Shown here piece by piece: positions 35,703 through 44,569 of a stretch of 64,000 nucleotides of DNA; position 1 is the stretch's first letter; each line of letters starts with the position of its first letter. The stretch covers positions 2 to 64,001 of the forward strand of contig JBBISH010000022.1 of the NCBI GenBank assembly GCA_037441385.1, in the 5' to 3' direction. Made by a program: the position numbers and the translations under genes. This DNA comes from Myxococcales bacterium. GTDB taxonomy: Bacteria > Myxococcota_A > UBA9042. The notes below the pieces were generated by a model. The model made no database searches, had not been told where the DNA came from, and saw nothing but the letters and a program-made list of their open reading frames with translations.

Positions 35703-38021
35703 GTGGCCGACGAAGTGACCCAGCTCCAGGCCGACGCGCCGTATCAGCCCCCAACAGGGCGGATTCGGCCGCGGATGCGGTTGCCTACGGGCTGGCTCCT
35801 GTGGCTGGTCTTCGCCGCGGCGATGGCGGTGTCGTTCAAGATCTACTTTGAGTCGCCCGATTTTTCGAGCATTCCTGGCATGGGCGAGGTGCTCGAGAGT
35901 CACGCCGCCGCCGCGGAAGTGGCGCGCGTGCAAGAAGTTCGGGTGTCGGTGGGCCAGCGGGTGCGGGTGGGCCAGGTCATGGTGATGTTCGATCCGGCGC
36001 CGCTGGACCTAGAGCTCGCCCAAGCCCGCGACGAATTGGGCAAAGCTCAGGCCCAGTTGGCAGCGACTACCCTGGCCCTGCGGCGCGATTACCTCAGCGA
36101 AGAGCGCCAGTTCGAGAAATCGATCGACGTGACCGACATGGGCCGGATTGCCGCGGCGGTCGAGGCCGAGGTTGACCGCGCCGAAGCCGCGAGCCTGAAA
36201 CTCCGTGTGCACTGGTGGGAGGGGCTGGTCGCCCAGAAACTGGTGACTGAACAGGCGCTTGTCGATCTCAAGGCGCAGCTGGCCGGGGTCGAGAGCCGCA
36301 TCAAAGCCCGCGAAAGCGCGATTTCGGCATGGCAAGAGCGCCTGGCCCGCGTCGAAAAGCGCTGGAAAGACTGGCGCTTGGCGATTCCGTCGGCCGATGC
36401 CGACCCCGAGCAGCGCGACCTGGGGCCCCTGCGGGCCAACGTGGCGGTGGCGCAGGCGGCCTTGGCGCGGGTCGAGGCGCGCCGCCAGCACATGGTGGTT
36501 CGCTCGGCGGTAGACGGCGTGGTGTCGCGCGTGCTGATGCAGCCGGGCGACGTGGCGACGCCGGGACAGACGGTGGTGGTGCTGCGCCCGCCATCGGTGC
36601 GGCGCGTGATCGCCTATGCCCTGGACACTGTGGCGCGTCGGCTGCGGGTGGGGGCGATGGTCCAGGTGCAGCGCCGCGACGGTACGGGCCGGATGCTCAA
36701 GGGCCATGTCGAAGGCTTTGGCGGTGTGGCGCCGATTCCGCTGCAGTTGCAAGCAGTTCCCGAACGTGCGCCGCTGGCGGCCGAAGAGATTGTGGTCGTG
36801 CTCGAAGAGGGGACGCTGCTGCCGGGCGAGCCTGTGGATGTCGCGTTCATGAGCGGTGTCTTGAGCTACCCCGTCGATCAGCCGTCCGAGGCCGCTTCCG
36901 TCGAGCCCGCCACCACGCCAGCGCCTGCGGCCGAGCCGACCCAGCCGACCGCCAGTGCGCTGCCCGCAGCCGAACCTGCGGCGGCCACGGCGACGGCCCC
37001 TGCGCCTGGTCCTGGCAGCGCGGCCGTGCCAACTCCGGCTCCGGCCACGGCCGAGGCGGCGGCCGAGGCACTCGAAGTGCCTGCAGCGCTTCGGCAAATG
37101 TCACGTCTGGAGCCGTCTGGCCTGCTATGGCTGCCCGAGCGGCAGAATTACCTGGTGATCAGCGACGACACGGGCTTCCACGCTCAAAACGACCGCGCGC
37201 CGTGGTTGTTCGAGGTGGACACGAAGGGCCATTTTGCGGCAGCGCCGGTCGTTCTGGCCGGAGCGCCGGAATTCACCGACCTGGAGTCCATCGCCCGCGG
37301 GCCCGACGGGACCATCTGGATCCTGGCGTCGCAGTCGGTCAGCCGCAAGGGCAAGCGGTCCGAGGCGCGCAGTCAGTTGATGCGGGTGCGAGTGCACGGC
37401 AACGCGCTGGAAGTCGAAGGGCATGCCGCCCTGGCGGTGGCTCTGGGGCGCGCGCGCGACCCGCAATGGCTCGATAGTCTGGGCCTGGCTGCCCGCGATC
37501 CCCACTACCGCGAAGGCGCCGCCGGCTTTGACCGGACTTTGGACATCGAGGGCTTGGCCGTTGATGGCCCGGCGCTGCTGCTGGGCCTAAAGCGGCCGCT
37601 GGATAGTCAAGGGCGGGCCCTGATCCTGCGCCTTGAGCATCCCGAGCGGCTGCTGACCACGGGCCGGCTGCACAAAGACGACCTGCGCATTTGGGGGCGC
37701 GTGCCGCTGCAAGCCGGGCCGCCCAGCGCCGGCATGGCCGCGGGTATCGCTGATCTTTTGCCCTTGCCGGATGGTCGGTTGGCCGTGCTGGCGACCGCGC
37801 TGGGCGACGCCGACGAGGGCCGCGCCGAAATCGGGATGCACAGCGCTCTTTACCTGGTCGATCGGCCGGGTGCTGACGGCGCGATGCAGCCGCACTTGCT
37901 TAGGCGGATCATAGGGTTTCATGCCGAAGGCGTGGCTCTGGAACCCGATGGCCGCGGTCTGCGCCTCATCTTTGACGAGGGCGAGGCCCTGCCGCATTGG
38001 CTGCGGGCGCCGTTGCCCTGA
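35703..38021 (+). CDS. Membrane-anchored HlyD-type membrane-fusion domain fused through an Ala/Pro linker to a propeller-like (DUF3616/phytase-like) domain
   Basis: It has a TM helix, a lipoyl-like hairpin (VSVGQRVRVGQVMVMFD / VVSRVLMQPGDVATPGQTVVVL), a long coiled coil and a ~70-aa A/P linker. Repeated motifs follow: DLESIARGPDGTIWIL, LDIEGLAVDG and FHAEGVALEPDG. Confidence 0.65.
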   Translation: MADEVTQLQADAPYQPPTGRIRPRMRLPTGWLLWLVFAAAMAVSFKIYFESPDFSSIPGMGEVLESHAAAAEVARVQEVRVSVGQRVRVGQVMVMFDPAPLDLELAQARDELGKAQAQLAATTLALRRDYLSEERQFEKSIDVTDMGRIAAAVEAEVDRAEAASLKLRVHWWEGLVAQKLVTEQALVDLKAQLAGVESRIKARESAISAWQERLARVEKRWKDWRLAIPSADADPEQRDLGPLRANVAVAQAALARVEARRQHMVVRSAVDGVVSRVLMQPGDVATPGQTVVVLRPPSVRRVIAYALDTVARRLRVGAMVQVQRRDGTGRMLKGHVEGFGGVAPIPLQLQAVPERAPLAAEEIVVVLEEGTLLPGEPVDVAFMSGVLSYPVDQPSEAASVEPATTPAPAAEPTQPTASALPAAEPAAATATAPAPGPGSAAVPTPAPATAEAAAEALEVPAALRQMSRLEPSGLLWLPERQNYLVISDDTGFHAQNDRAPWLFEVDTKGHFAAAPVVLAGAPEFTDLESIARGPDGTIWILASQSVSRKGKRSEARSQLMRVRVHGNALEVEGHAALAVALGRARDPQWLDSLGLAARDPHYREGAAGFDRTLDIEGLAVDGPALLLGLKRPLDSQGRALILRLEHPERLLTTGRLHKDDLRIWGRVPLQAGPPSAGMAAGIADLLPLPDGRLAVLATALGDADEGRAEIGMHSALYLVDRPGADGAMQPHLLRRIIGFHAEGVALEPDGRGLRLIFDEGEALPHWLRAPLP

Positions 38022-38048
38022 CCGGCCCGACCGCCAGTCGCGGCGCCG

Positions 38049-38741
38049 CTACGGCTGGTTGGCCGCGCCGGGCGTTGGGCTGGCGAGCTGGAACGGCCCC
38101 GAGCCATTTGGCACGCGAGCCCAGCTTTGCGTATCCGCGGTGAGCACGCCAGCCGGCAGCGGCGCGCTATCCAGGATCGTCTTGCCCGAAAGGAGGAAGA
38201 TCGTGTCGCCCGCGCCCGCGCTGACTTTGAAGGCGGCCTGGAAGCAGGTCGCGGGGCCGGTGGTCAGGCACTTGGCCTGCAGACCGACAGCGGGCGTCTT
38301 CTTGCCGCCCACGATGAGCAAGTGTTCGCCGGCCGCCAGCGAAGTGCCGCTGGGGAAAGTCAGCGCTTCGGCCAGACGGGCGCAGCCCGCGTCGTCGCGG
38401 TCGGCCACGATCATGCCGGATAGGTCGGTGGCTTTGCTGCCGTTGTTGCGCAGTTCGACCCAGTCGCTGCCTTTGCCTTGGATTTCGTTGATGACCACGT
38501 TGCTGGGATTGGCCGCGGGCACAAACGCGCAGCCGCTCACTTCGGAAGTGGTGTCTTTGCCGGCGGTGTCGCTGCTGCCGCTGTCCGAACCGGCGGTGTC
38601 CGCAGGCGCGGTGTCCAAAGTTGCGGCGTCGCCGGCGGATGCGTCGGCGCTACTGGCGGTCGTCGTGGAGCTGCAGCCGGCGATCTGCGCGGCGCCGAGC
38701 AGGGCGGCCAGCAAGTAGGCAAGGGCAGGGCGAGCGGGCAT
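38049..38741 (-). CDS. Lipoprotein with a lamin-tail domain (LTD)
   Basis: Lipobox AQIAGC and a Ser/Asp/Ala-rich linker. The LTD signature is VVINEIQGKGSDWVELRNNGSKATDLSGMIV. Confidence 0.7.
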   Translation of the reverse strand: MPARPALAYLLAALLGAAQIAGCSSTTTASSADASAGDAATLDTAPADTAGSDSGSSDTAGKDTTSEVSGCAFVPAANPSNVVINEIQGKGSDWVELRNNGSKATDLSGMIVADRDDAGCARLAEALTFPSGTSLAAGEHLLIVGGKKTPAVGLQAKCLTTGPATCFQAAFKVSAGAGDTIFLLSGKTILDSAPLPAGVLTADTQSWARVPNGSGPFQLASPTPGAANQP

Positions 38742-38915
38742 GGGACACCGACCAACTGGGCGAGCTTGCCCACACCCAACTGCTTACCTTTTGTGGCAGC
38801 CCAACGCAACCTGCCGGGGCCGTCTGCGTGCCAAATCCGGCATCTGCCGTTGCAGGCGCGCCTGCGCAGTGCCATCCTGGCGGCCATCTGTCCGGGTGAT
38901 TGCGAGGTGCTGGCC

Positions 38916-39938
38916 ATGCTCGACGTCGGTTCGATTGCCAAGGTGGAACTGCATCGCCATCTAGAGGGTTCGCTTCGCCTGGCCACCGTGGCCGAGATTG
39001 TGACCAAGCTGCGCCTGCCCGAAGCGGCGTTGACCGCCGACCAGTTGGCACAGCGCGCCCAGGTGCTGCAGCCGATGGAGTCGCTGGAAGCGGTGCTCGC
39101 GGCGTTCGACGTGTTCCAACGCTGCTTTGCCTCCCTCGAGTTGGTCGAGCGGCTGGCCTACGAGGCCGTGCAAGACGCGGCGCGCGACCATGTGCGGCTG
39201 CTCGAGCTGCGGTTTTCGCCCGACTTCATGACGCGGACTGCCCGCTTGGACTGGGACAAGGCCATGGCGGCGCTGGTGCGCGGGGTACGGCGGGCGGCGG
39301 CCGAGTTCGACGTGGCGGTGGGCCTCATTGCCATCGCCAGCCGTGGCTACGGCCTGCAATCGGCTATGCAGACTGCGGAATTTGCTGTGCGCTGGCGCCA
39401 CGAGCTGGTGGGCTTCGATTTGGCCGACAACGAAGTGCGCTATGCTTCGGCGGAATTTGCGCCGGCCGTGGATCGCGTGCGCGCCGCCGGCCTGCCCGTG
39501 ACCGTGCATTCGGGTGAGTCCACCGGGCCCGATCATGTGGCCGACACCCTGAATGCCCTGCGCGCCCGCCGGATTGGCCATGGGGTCGCCGTGGGCCAAG
39601 ATGCGCAGCTGGCCGAGCGGATGATCCGCGAGCGCGTCACGATCGAGTCGTGCCCCACCTCGAACGTGCGGACTCGGGCGGTGCCCAGCTTTGCCGAGCA
39701 CCCGGCGCGGCGCCTGTTGCGAGCTGGCGTGCCGCTGACGCTGTGTTCGGACGATCCGGGGCTGTTTGCGATTACGCTGTCGGACGAGCTGCGGGTGGCG
39801 CGCGATGAGCTGGGCTTTACCGACGTGGACCTAGCGCGGGCCACGCAACATGGCTTGGCGGCGTCCTTTCTGCCAGCCGAGCAAGTGGCGGCAGTCAGGC
39901 GACGGCACTTTGGCTGGGTGGCAAAGCTGCTTCCGTAG
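38916..39938 (+). CDS. add: Adenosine deaminase
   Basis: Motifs KVELHRHLEGS, TVHSGE and SDDPGLF. The ATG at 38916 has GAGGTG upstream. Confidence 0.85.
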   Translation: MLDVGSIAKVELHRHLEGSLRLATVAEIVTKLRLPEAALTADQLAQRAQVLQPMESLEAVLAAFDVFQRCFASLELVERLAYEAVQDAARDHVRLLELRFSPDFMTRTARLDWDKAMAALVRGVRRAAAEFDVAVGLIAIASRGYGLQSAMQTAEFAVRWRHELVGFDLADNEVRYASAEFAPAVDRVRAAGLPVTVHSGESTGPDHVADTLNALRARRIGHGVAVGQDAQLAERMIRERVTIESCPTSNVRTRAVPSFAEHPARRLLRAGVPLTLCSDDPGLFAITLSDELRVARDELGFTDVDLARATQHGLAASFLPAEQVAAVRRRHFGWVAKLLP

Positions 39939-42900
39939 GCTCGGCGGCGGCGTGCTCGGCGTCGCGGCGCTTCATCAGCATGAACACCGCCGGATAGACC
40001 AGCAATTCCAACACGAACGACGTCGCCAGCCCGCCCACCATCGGCGCGGCGATGCGCTTCATCACGTCCGCACCCGCGCCCGTCGACCACATGATCGGCA
40101 GCAGGCCCATGAACGCCGCCGTCACCGTCATGGCCTTGGGCCGCACACGCTTGACTGCGCCGTGGACGATGGCCTCGACCAGGCCGCCGGGCTTGCGCAG
40201 CTCGCCGTTCTGCTTGGCCTCGTCGTACGACAGCTCCAGGAACAGCAGCATGAACACGCCGGTCTCGGCGTCCAGGCCCATCAGCGCGATCATCCCCACC
40301 CACACCGCGATCGACAGGTTGTAACCCAGCACGTACAGGAGCCAAATCGCGCCGATGGCCGAGAAGGGTACCGCCAGCATCACCAGCGTCGCCTTGGCCG
40401 CCGACTTGGTGTTGGCGTACAGCAGGCCAAAGATCAACAGCAGGGCAAACGGTACCACCAGGCGCAGGCGCTCGCTGACCCGCTCCATGTTCTCGAATTG
40501 GCCGCTCCAGCCCAGGGTGTAGCCGGGCGGCACCTTCACGGCGTTCTTGACCGCCGCCTGCGCCGCGGCCACAAACCGGCCCACGTCGTACTTGCTGGTG
40601 TCGAAGTCCAAGAAGACGTAACCGGTCAGCAGCCCACCGTCGTCGCGGATCATCGACGCGCCCTCGGCCAGACGAACGTCAGCAATTTCAGACAGTAGAA
40701 TTTGCCCCCCACTTGGCAAGTTGACCAGCACCCTACGCAATGAGTCAAGGTCCTCGCGGAAGTCGCGGGCGTAGCGCACGTTGATCCCGTAGCGGGCGCG
40801 CCCCTGCACCGCCACGCCTTGGGCATCGCCGCCGATCGCAGTCATGACCAGCAGGTTGGCGTCGTCGACGGACAGGCCGTAGCGGGCCAGTTGGTCGCGC
40901 TTGACGGCAAAGTCCAGGTAATAGCCGCCGGCGGTGCGCTCGGCAAACACGCTGCGGGTGCCCTCGACCTTGCGGAGCGCCGCCTCGATCTGCTGCGAGA
41001 GTTTGTCGATCACCGCCAGATCGGCGCCACTGACCTTGATGCCCACTGGCGTGCGAATCCCCGTCGACAGCATGTCCAGGCGCGCCTTGATCGGCATGGT
41101 CCAGGCATTGGTCACGCCGGGCATCTGCAGGGCCTTGTCCAGTTCGGCCACCAACTCGTCTTGGCTGATGTGCTCGGGCCAAATCGGTCGCAGCAGCGGC
41201 TTGCACCAGTCAGGCACGATATCGCTGTACCAGCGCGGCTTTTCGCGCCATTGCGACTCGGGCTTCAGGACGATGGTGGTCTCCATCATCGAAAACGGCG
41301 CCGGGTCCGTGGCGGTCTCGGCCCGGCCGGCCTTGCCAAACACGGTCTCGACCTCGGGGAACACCTGGATCACGCGGTCCTGGATCTGCAGGGCCCGCAG
41401 CGCCTCGGTCGACGACATGCCCGGCAGCGACGACGGCATGTACAGCAGCGAGCCCTCGTTCAGCGGCGGCATGAATTCGCTGCCCAATTTCAGGTAGATC
41501 GGCACCGTCGCCGCCACCAGCGCCAGCGACAGCGCCACCGTCGTCTTGGGCCAGCGCAGCACCAACCGGCACGGACCGTCGTACAGTTTCTGCAGAATGC
41601 GGCTGATCGGGTGCAATTCCTCGGCGTAATAGGTGCCCACCAAGATCTTGGTCGCCAACCAGCGCAGCGGCCGCGGCCCGCGGCCAAATGGCCTCATGCG
41701 CGAAAACAACATGCGCAACGCCGGATCCAGCGTGATGGCCAGCAGCGCGGCGATCGCCATCGCTAGGTTCTTGGACCAGGCCAACGGCTTGAAAAGGCGC
41801 CCCTCTTGGTCCACCAGCGTGAACACGGGCAAGAACGCCGCCGCAATCACCAGCAGCGAGAAGAAGACCGACGGCCCCACCTCCAGCAGCGCCTCCAAGC
41901 GCACCTTGTGGAAGTCGCCCTTGCTGCCCTCGGCCTGCCAAATCTGCAGCTTTTTGTACGCGTTCTCTACCTCGACGATGGCGCCGTCGACCAACACGCC
42001 CACCGAGATGGCGATGCCGGCCAGCGACATCACGTTGGCCGTCAGCCCCATCGCCGCCATGGGCACGAACGCCAGCGCCACGCTGACCGGAATGGTGATG
42101 ATCGGCACCACTGCCGAGGGAATGTGCCACAAAAACAGCAAGATAATCGCCGAAACGATCAGGATCTCTTCGATCAGCTTGTCGCTCACCGTGTCGATGG
42201 CGCGCTCGATCAGCTCGGAGCGGTCGTAGGTCGTGACGATCTCGGTGCCGGCCGGCAGCGAAGGCTTGATCTCGTCCAGCTTTTTCTTGACGCGATCGAT
42301 GACCTGCAGCGCGTTCTCGCCCTGGCGCATCACCACGATGCCGCCCACCACGTCGCCGTCGCCGCCCAGATCGGCCACGCCGCGCCGCAGATCCGGGCCC
42401 AGCTCCACCTTGGCCACGTCGCGCAGTTGCACCGGAGTGCCGTTCTTGGCGCGCAGGGCGATCTGCTCCAAGTCCGCCTTCTGCTTGACATAACCGCGCC
42501 CGCGCACCATGTATTCGCGCCCGGCCATCTCCACCAGCCGGCCGCCCACGTCGCGGTTGCTGCCGCGCACGGCCTGCACCACCTCGGCCATCGACACGCC
42601 GTAGTTGTTCAGCGCCTCTGGGTTCACGTTGACCTGGTACTGCATGACCTGGCCGCCGATGCTGGCGACCTCGGCCACGCCCGGCACCGCGCCGATGGTG
42701 TAGCGCAGGAACCAGTCTTGGTAACTCCGCAGTTCGTCGTTGCTTTTGTGGCCCGACTTGTCCACCAGCGCGTACTCGAACACCCAGCCGACACTGGTGG
42801 CATCGGGGCCCAGCTCGGTCTGCACGCCCTCTGGCAATTTCGATTGGATCTTGGACAGGTACTCCAGCACGCGGCTGCGCGCCCAGTAGATGTCGGTACC

Positions 42901-43194
42901 GTCCTCGAAGATCACGTACACGTAGCTGTAGCCGAAGTCAGAAAACCCGCGCACTGCCTTGACTTTGGGCGCGCCCAGCAGCGACGTGACCAGCGGGTAG
43001 GTGACCTGATCCTCCAGAATGTCCGGGCTGCGGTCCCACTTGCTGTACAAGATCACTTGCGTGTCGCTCAGATCCGGGATGGCGTCCAGCGGCATGGACC
43101 GCATCGTCCACAGCGAATACACCAGCGCCACCACGGTCACGGCGATGACCAAGAAGCGGTTGTTGGCCGAAAAGGTAATGATACTGCGGATCAC
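39895..43194 (-). CDS. cusA: Heavy-metal efflux RND transporter (CusA/CzcA, HME family)
   Basis: 1099 aa. The N-terminus MIRSIITFSANNRFLVI...AIPDLSDTQVI is typical of CusA. GTG start in a GTGA overlap with cusB. Confidence 0.9.
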   Translation of the reverse strand: MIRSIITFSANNRFLVIAVTVVALVYSLWTMRSMPLDAIPDLSDTQVILYSKWDRSPDILEDQVTYPLVTSLLGAPKVKAVRGFSDFGYSYVYVIFEDGTDIYWARSRVLEYLSKIQSKLPEGVQTELGPDATSVGWVFEYALVDKSGHKSNDELRSYQDWFLRYTIGAVPGVAEVASIGGQVMQYQVNVNPEALNNYGVSMAEVVQAVRGSNRDVGGRLVEMAGREYMVRGRGYVKQKADLEQIALRAKNGTPVQLRDVAKVELGPDLRRGVADLGGDGDVVGGIVVMRQGENALQVIDRVKKKLDEIKPSLPAGTEIVTTYDRSELIERAIDTVSDKLIEEILIVSAIILLFLWHIPSAVVPIITIPVSVALAFVPMAAMGLTANVMSLAGIAISVGVLVDGAIVEVENAYKKLQIWQAEGSKGDFHKVRLEALLEVGPSVFFSLLVIAAAFLPVFTLVDQEGRLFKPLAWSKNLAMAIAALLAITLDPALRMLFSRMRPFGRGPRPLRWLATKILVGTYYAEELHPISRILQKLYDGPCRLVLRWPKTTVALSLALVAATVPIYLKLGSEFMPPLNEGSLLYMPSSLPGMSSTEALRALQIQDRVIQVFPEVETVFGKAGRAETATDPAPFSMMETTIVLKPESQWREKPRWYSDIVPDWCKPLLRPIWPEHISQDELVAELDKALQMPGVTNAWTMPIKARLDMLSTGIRTPVGIKVSGADLAVIDKLSQQIEAALRKVEGTRSVFAERTAGGYYLDFAVKRDQLARYGLSVDDANLLVMTAIGGDAQGVAVQGRARYGINVRYARDFREDLDSLRRVLVNLPSGGQILLSEIADVRLAEGASMIRDDGGLLTGYVFLDFDTSKYDVGRFVAAAQAAVKNAVKVPPGYTLGWSGQFENMERVSERLRLVVPFALLLIFGLLYANTKSAAKATLVMLAVPFSAIGAIWLLYVLGYNLSIAVWVGMIALMGLDAETGVFMLLFLELSYDEAKQNGELRKPGGLVEAIVHGAVKRVRPKAMTVTAAFMGLLPIMWSTGAGADVMKRIAAPMVGGLATSFVLELLVYPAVFMLMKRRDAEHAAAEPTEAALPPSQSAVA

Positions 43195-44561
43195 GGTGCG
43201 CTCCCTGGGGATGCGCTCGGCGAACTGGCCAGCGAGCTGAGCGCGGCTTTCAACCGACTCTCTGAGTCCAGCAAGAACGCCGCGCGCGTAACCACCCGCT
43301 CACCCGCCTGCAAACCACTGACGACTTCGGTGAAATCGCCTGTCGCCGCGCCGGTCTTGATCACGCGGGGCTCGAACTGCCCGCCGTCGCGCTCGACAAA
43401 GACCACCTGCTGGCGGCCCGAGTCCAAGATCGCGTCGCTGGGCACCACCAGCGCCGTGCGGGCCTCGCTCAGCAGTTCGATCTCGCCAAAGGCCTCGGGG
43501 TGCAAGCTTCCGTCCTCGTTGCTGATTTGCACGCGCACCCGCAGCGTGCGGGTCTTGGGGTCCATGGCTGGCTCGATCAGCTTGACCTCGCCTGGATAGG
43601 GCGCATGTCCGCTGCCGGTCAGGCGAAACTGCGCCTTCATGCCCAACTGCACGCGGTCGACGTCGGGGGCGCGCACATCTGCGATCGCCCACAGCTGGCC
43701 CAGGTCGGTCAGATCGAACAAGGGCTCGCCCGCCGCCACCTTGCTGCCCAGGACCGCCGAGGCCGAGGTCACCGTGCCGCTCATCGGGGCGTAGATGGTC
43801 AGTTCGCGTTGCGGTTTGCCCGCTTTGAGCACCGCGGCCACCGTGCCACCGCCCACATCCCACAGAGCTAGGCGCTGACGCGCCGCCTCGCCGAGCTTGC
43901 TGCTCGCCGAACCCGTCGCGGCACTGTCGGCATCGCTCTGCTGCGCCACCAGCAATTCCGTTTCCGCCGCAACCACTTCGGGGCTGTACACGGCCAGCAG
44001 CGGCTGGCCCTTCTTGACAGTCTGGCCCACGGTAGTGATGTGGAGCTTCTCGATGAACCCGTCGAATTTGATGGTCACTCGCCGCACCCGACTTTCGTCC
44101 GCGGCCACGCGCGCGGTGGTGCGCAGCCCGCCGGTCAGGGTCTGCTCGGCAGCCGGCACGGTCCGCACCCCCAGCAACTGCCGGCGCTCGGTCGAGATCT
44201 CCACCGTCTCCAGGCCTTCCGCCGGCGTCGGCGCGCCAGAAAGCGCTGTGGGGGTCGCGTCCAGGGCCGAGTCCTTCGCCACGCCCTTGCCGGCACCCTT
44301 GGTAGGGCCTGACGGGATCGGCACCAACTTCATCCCGCAGATCGGGCAGTTCGAGGCGTGATCGTCGGTATAAGTGGGGTGCATCGGGCAGTGGAAGCGC
44401 GGGCCCGCCGACGCCTCGCCCGCCTTGGCCGCTTCGGTCGCCGCGGTGGGCGCGTGGCCCAAGCGGTACCAGCCCAAGGCGCCCGCGCCCGCGCCCAGCA
44501 GGAACACCAGCACCACCACGAATCCCGGGACGCCGCCTCGTTTTTCGTTTGCCGCAGCCAT
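43191..44561 (-). CDS. cusB: Efflux RND periplasmic adaptor (CusB-like) with an N-terminal heavy-metal-binding domain
   Basis: FHCPMHPTYTDDHASNCPICGMKLVP is the CPMHP...CPxCGM motif. A membrane-fusion-protein core follows. Confidence 0.85.
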   Translation of the reverse strand: MAAANEKRGGVPGFVVVLVFLLGAGAGALGWYRLGHAPTAATEAAKAGEASAGPRFHCPMHPTYTDDHASNCPICGMKLVPIPSGPTKGAGKGVAKDSALDATPTALSGAPTPAEGLETVEISTERRQLLGVRTVPAAEQTLTGGLRTTARVAADESRVRRVTIKFDGFIEKLHITTVGQTVKKGQPLLAVYSPEVVAAETELLVAQQSDADSAATGSASSKLGEAARQRLALWDVGGGTVAAVLKAGKPQRELTIYAPMSGTVTSASAVLGSKVAAGEPLFDLTDLGQLWAIADVRAPDVDRVQLGMKAQFRLTGSGHAPYPGEVKLIEPAMDPKTRTLRVRVQISNEDGSLHPEAFGEIELLSEARTALVVPSDAILDSGRQQVVFVERDGGQFEPRVIKTGAATGDFTEVVSGLQAGERVVTRAAFLLDSESRLKAALSSLASSPSASPGSAP

Positions 44562-44569
44562 CCGTCCCC

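Noticed and set aside
38095-38135. TTGGCACGCGAGCCCAGCTTTGCG as a sigma54 promoter.
   Set aside because: The spacing between the GG and GC elements is too long. It also lies inside the LTD lipoprotein coding region.
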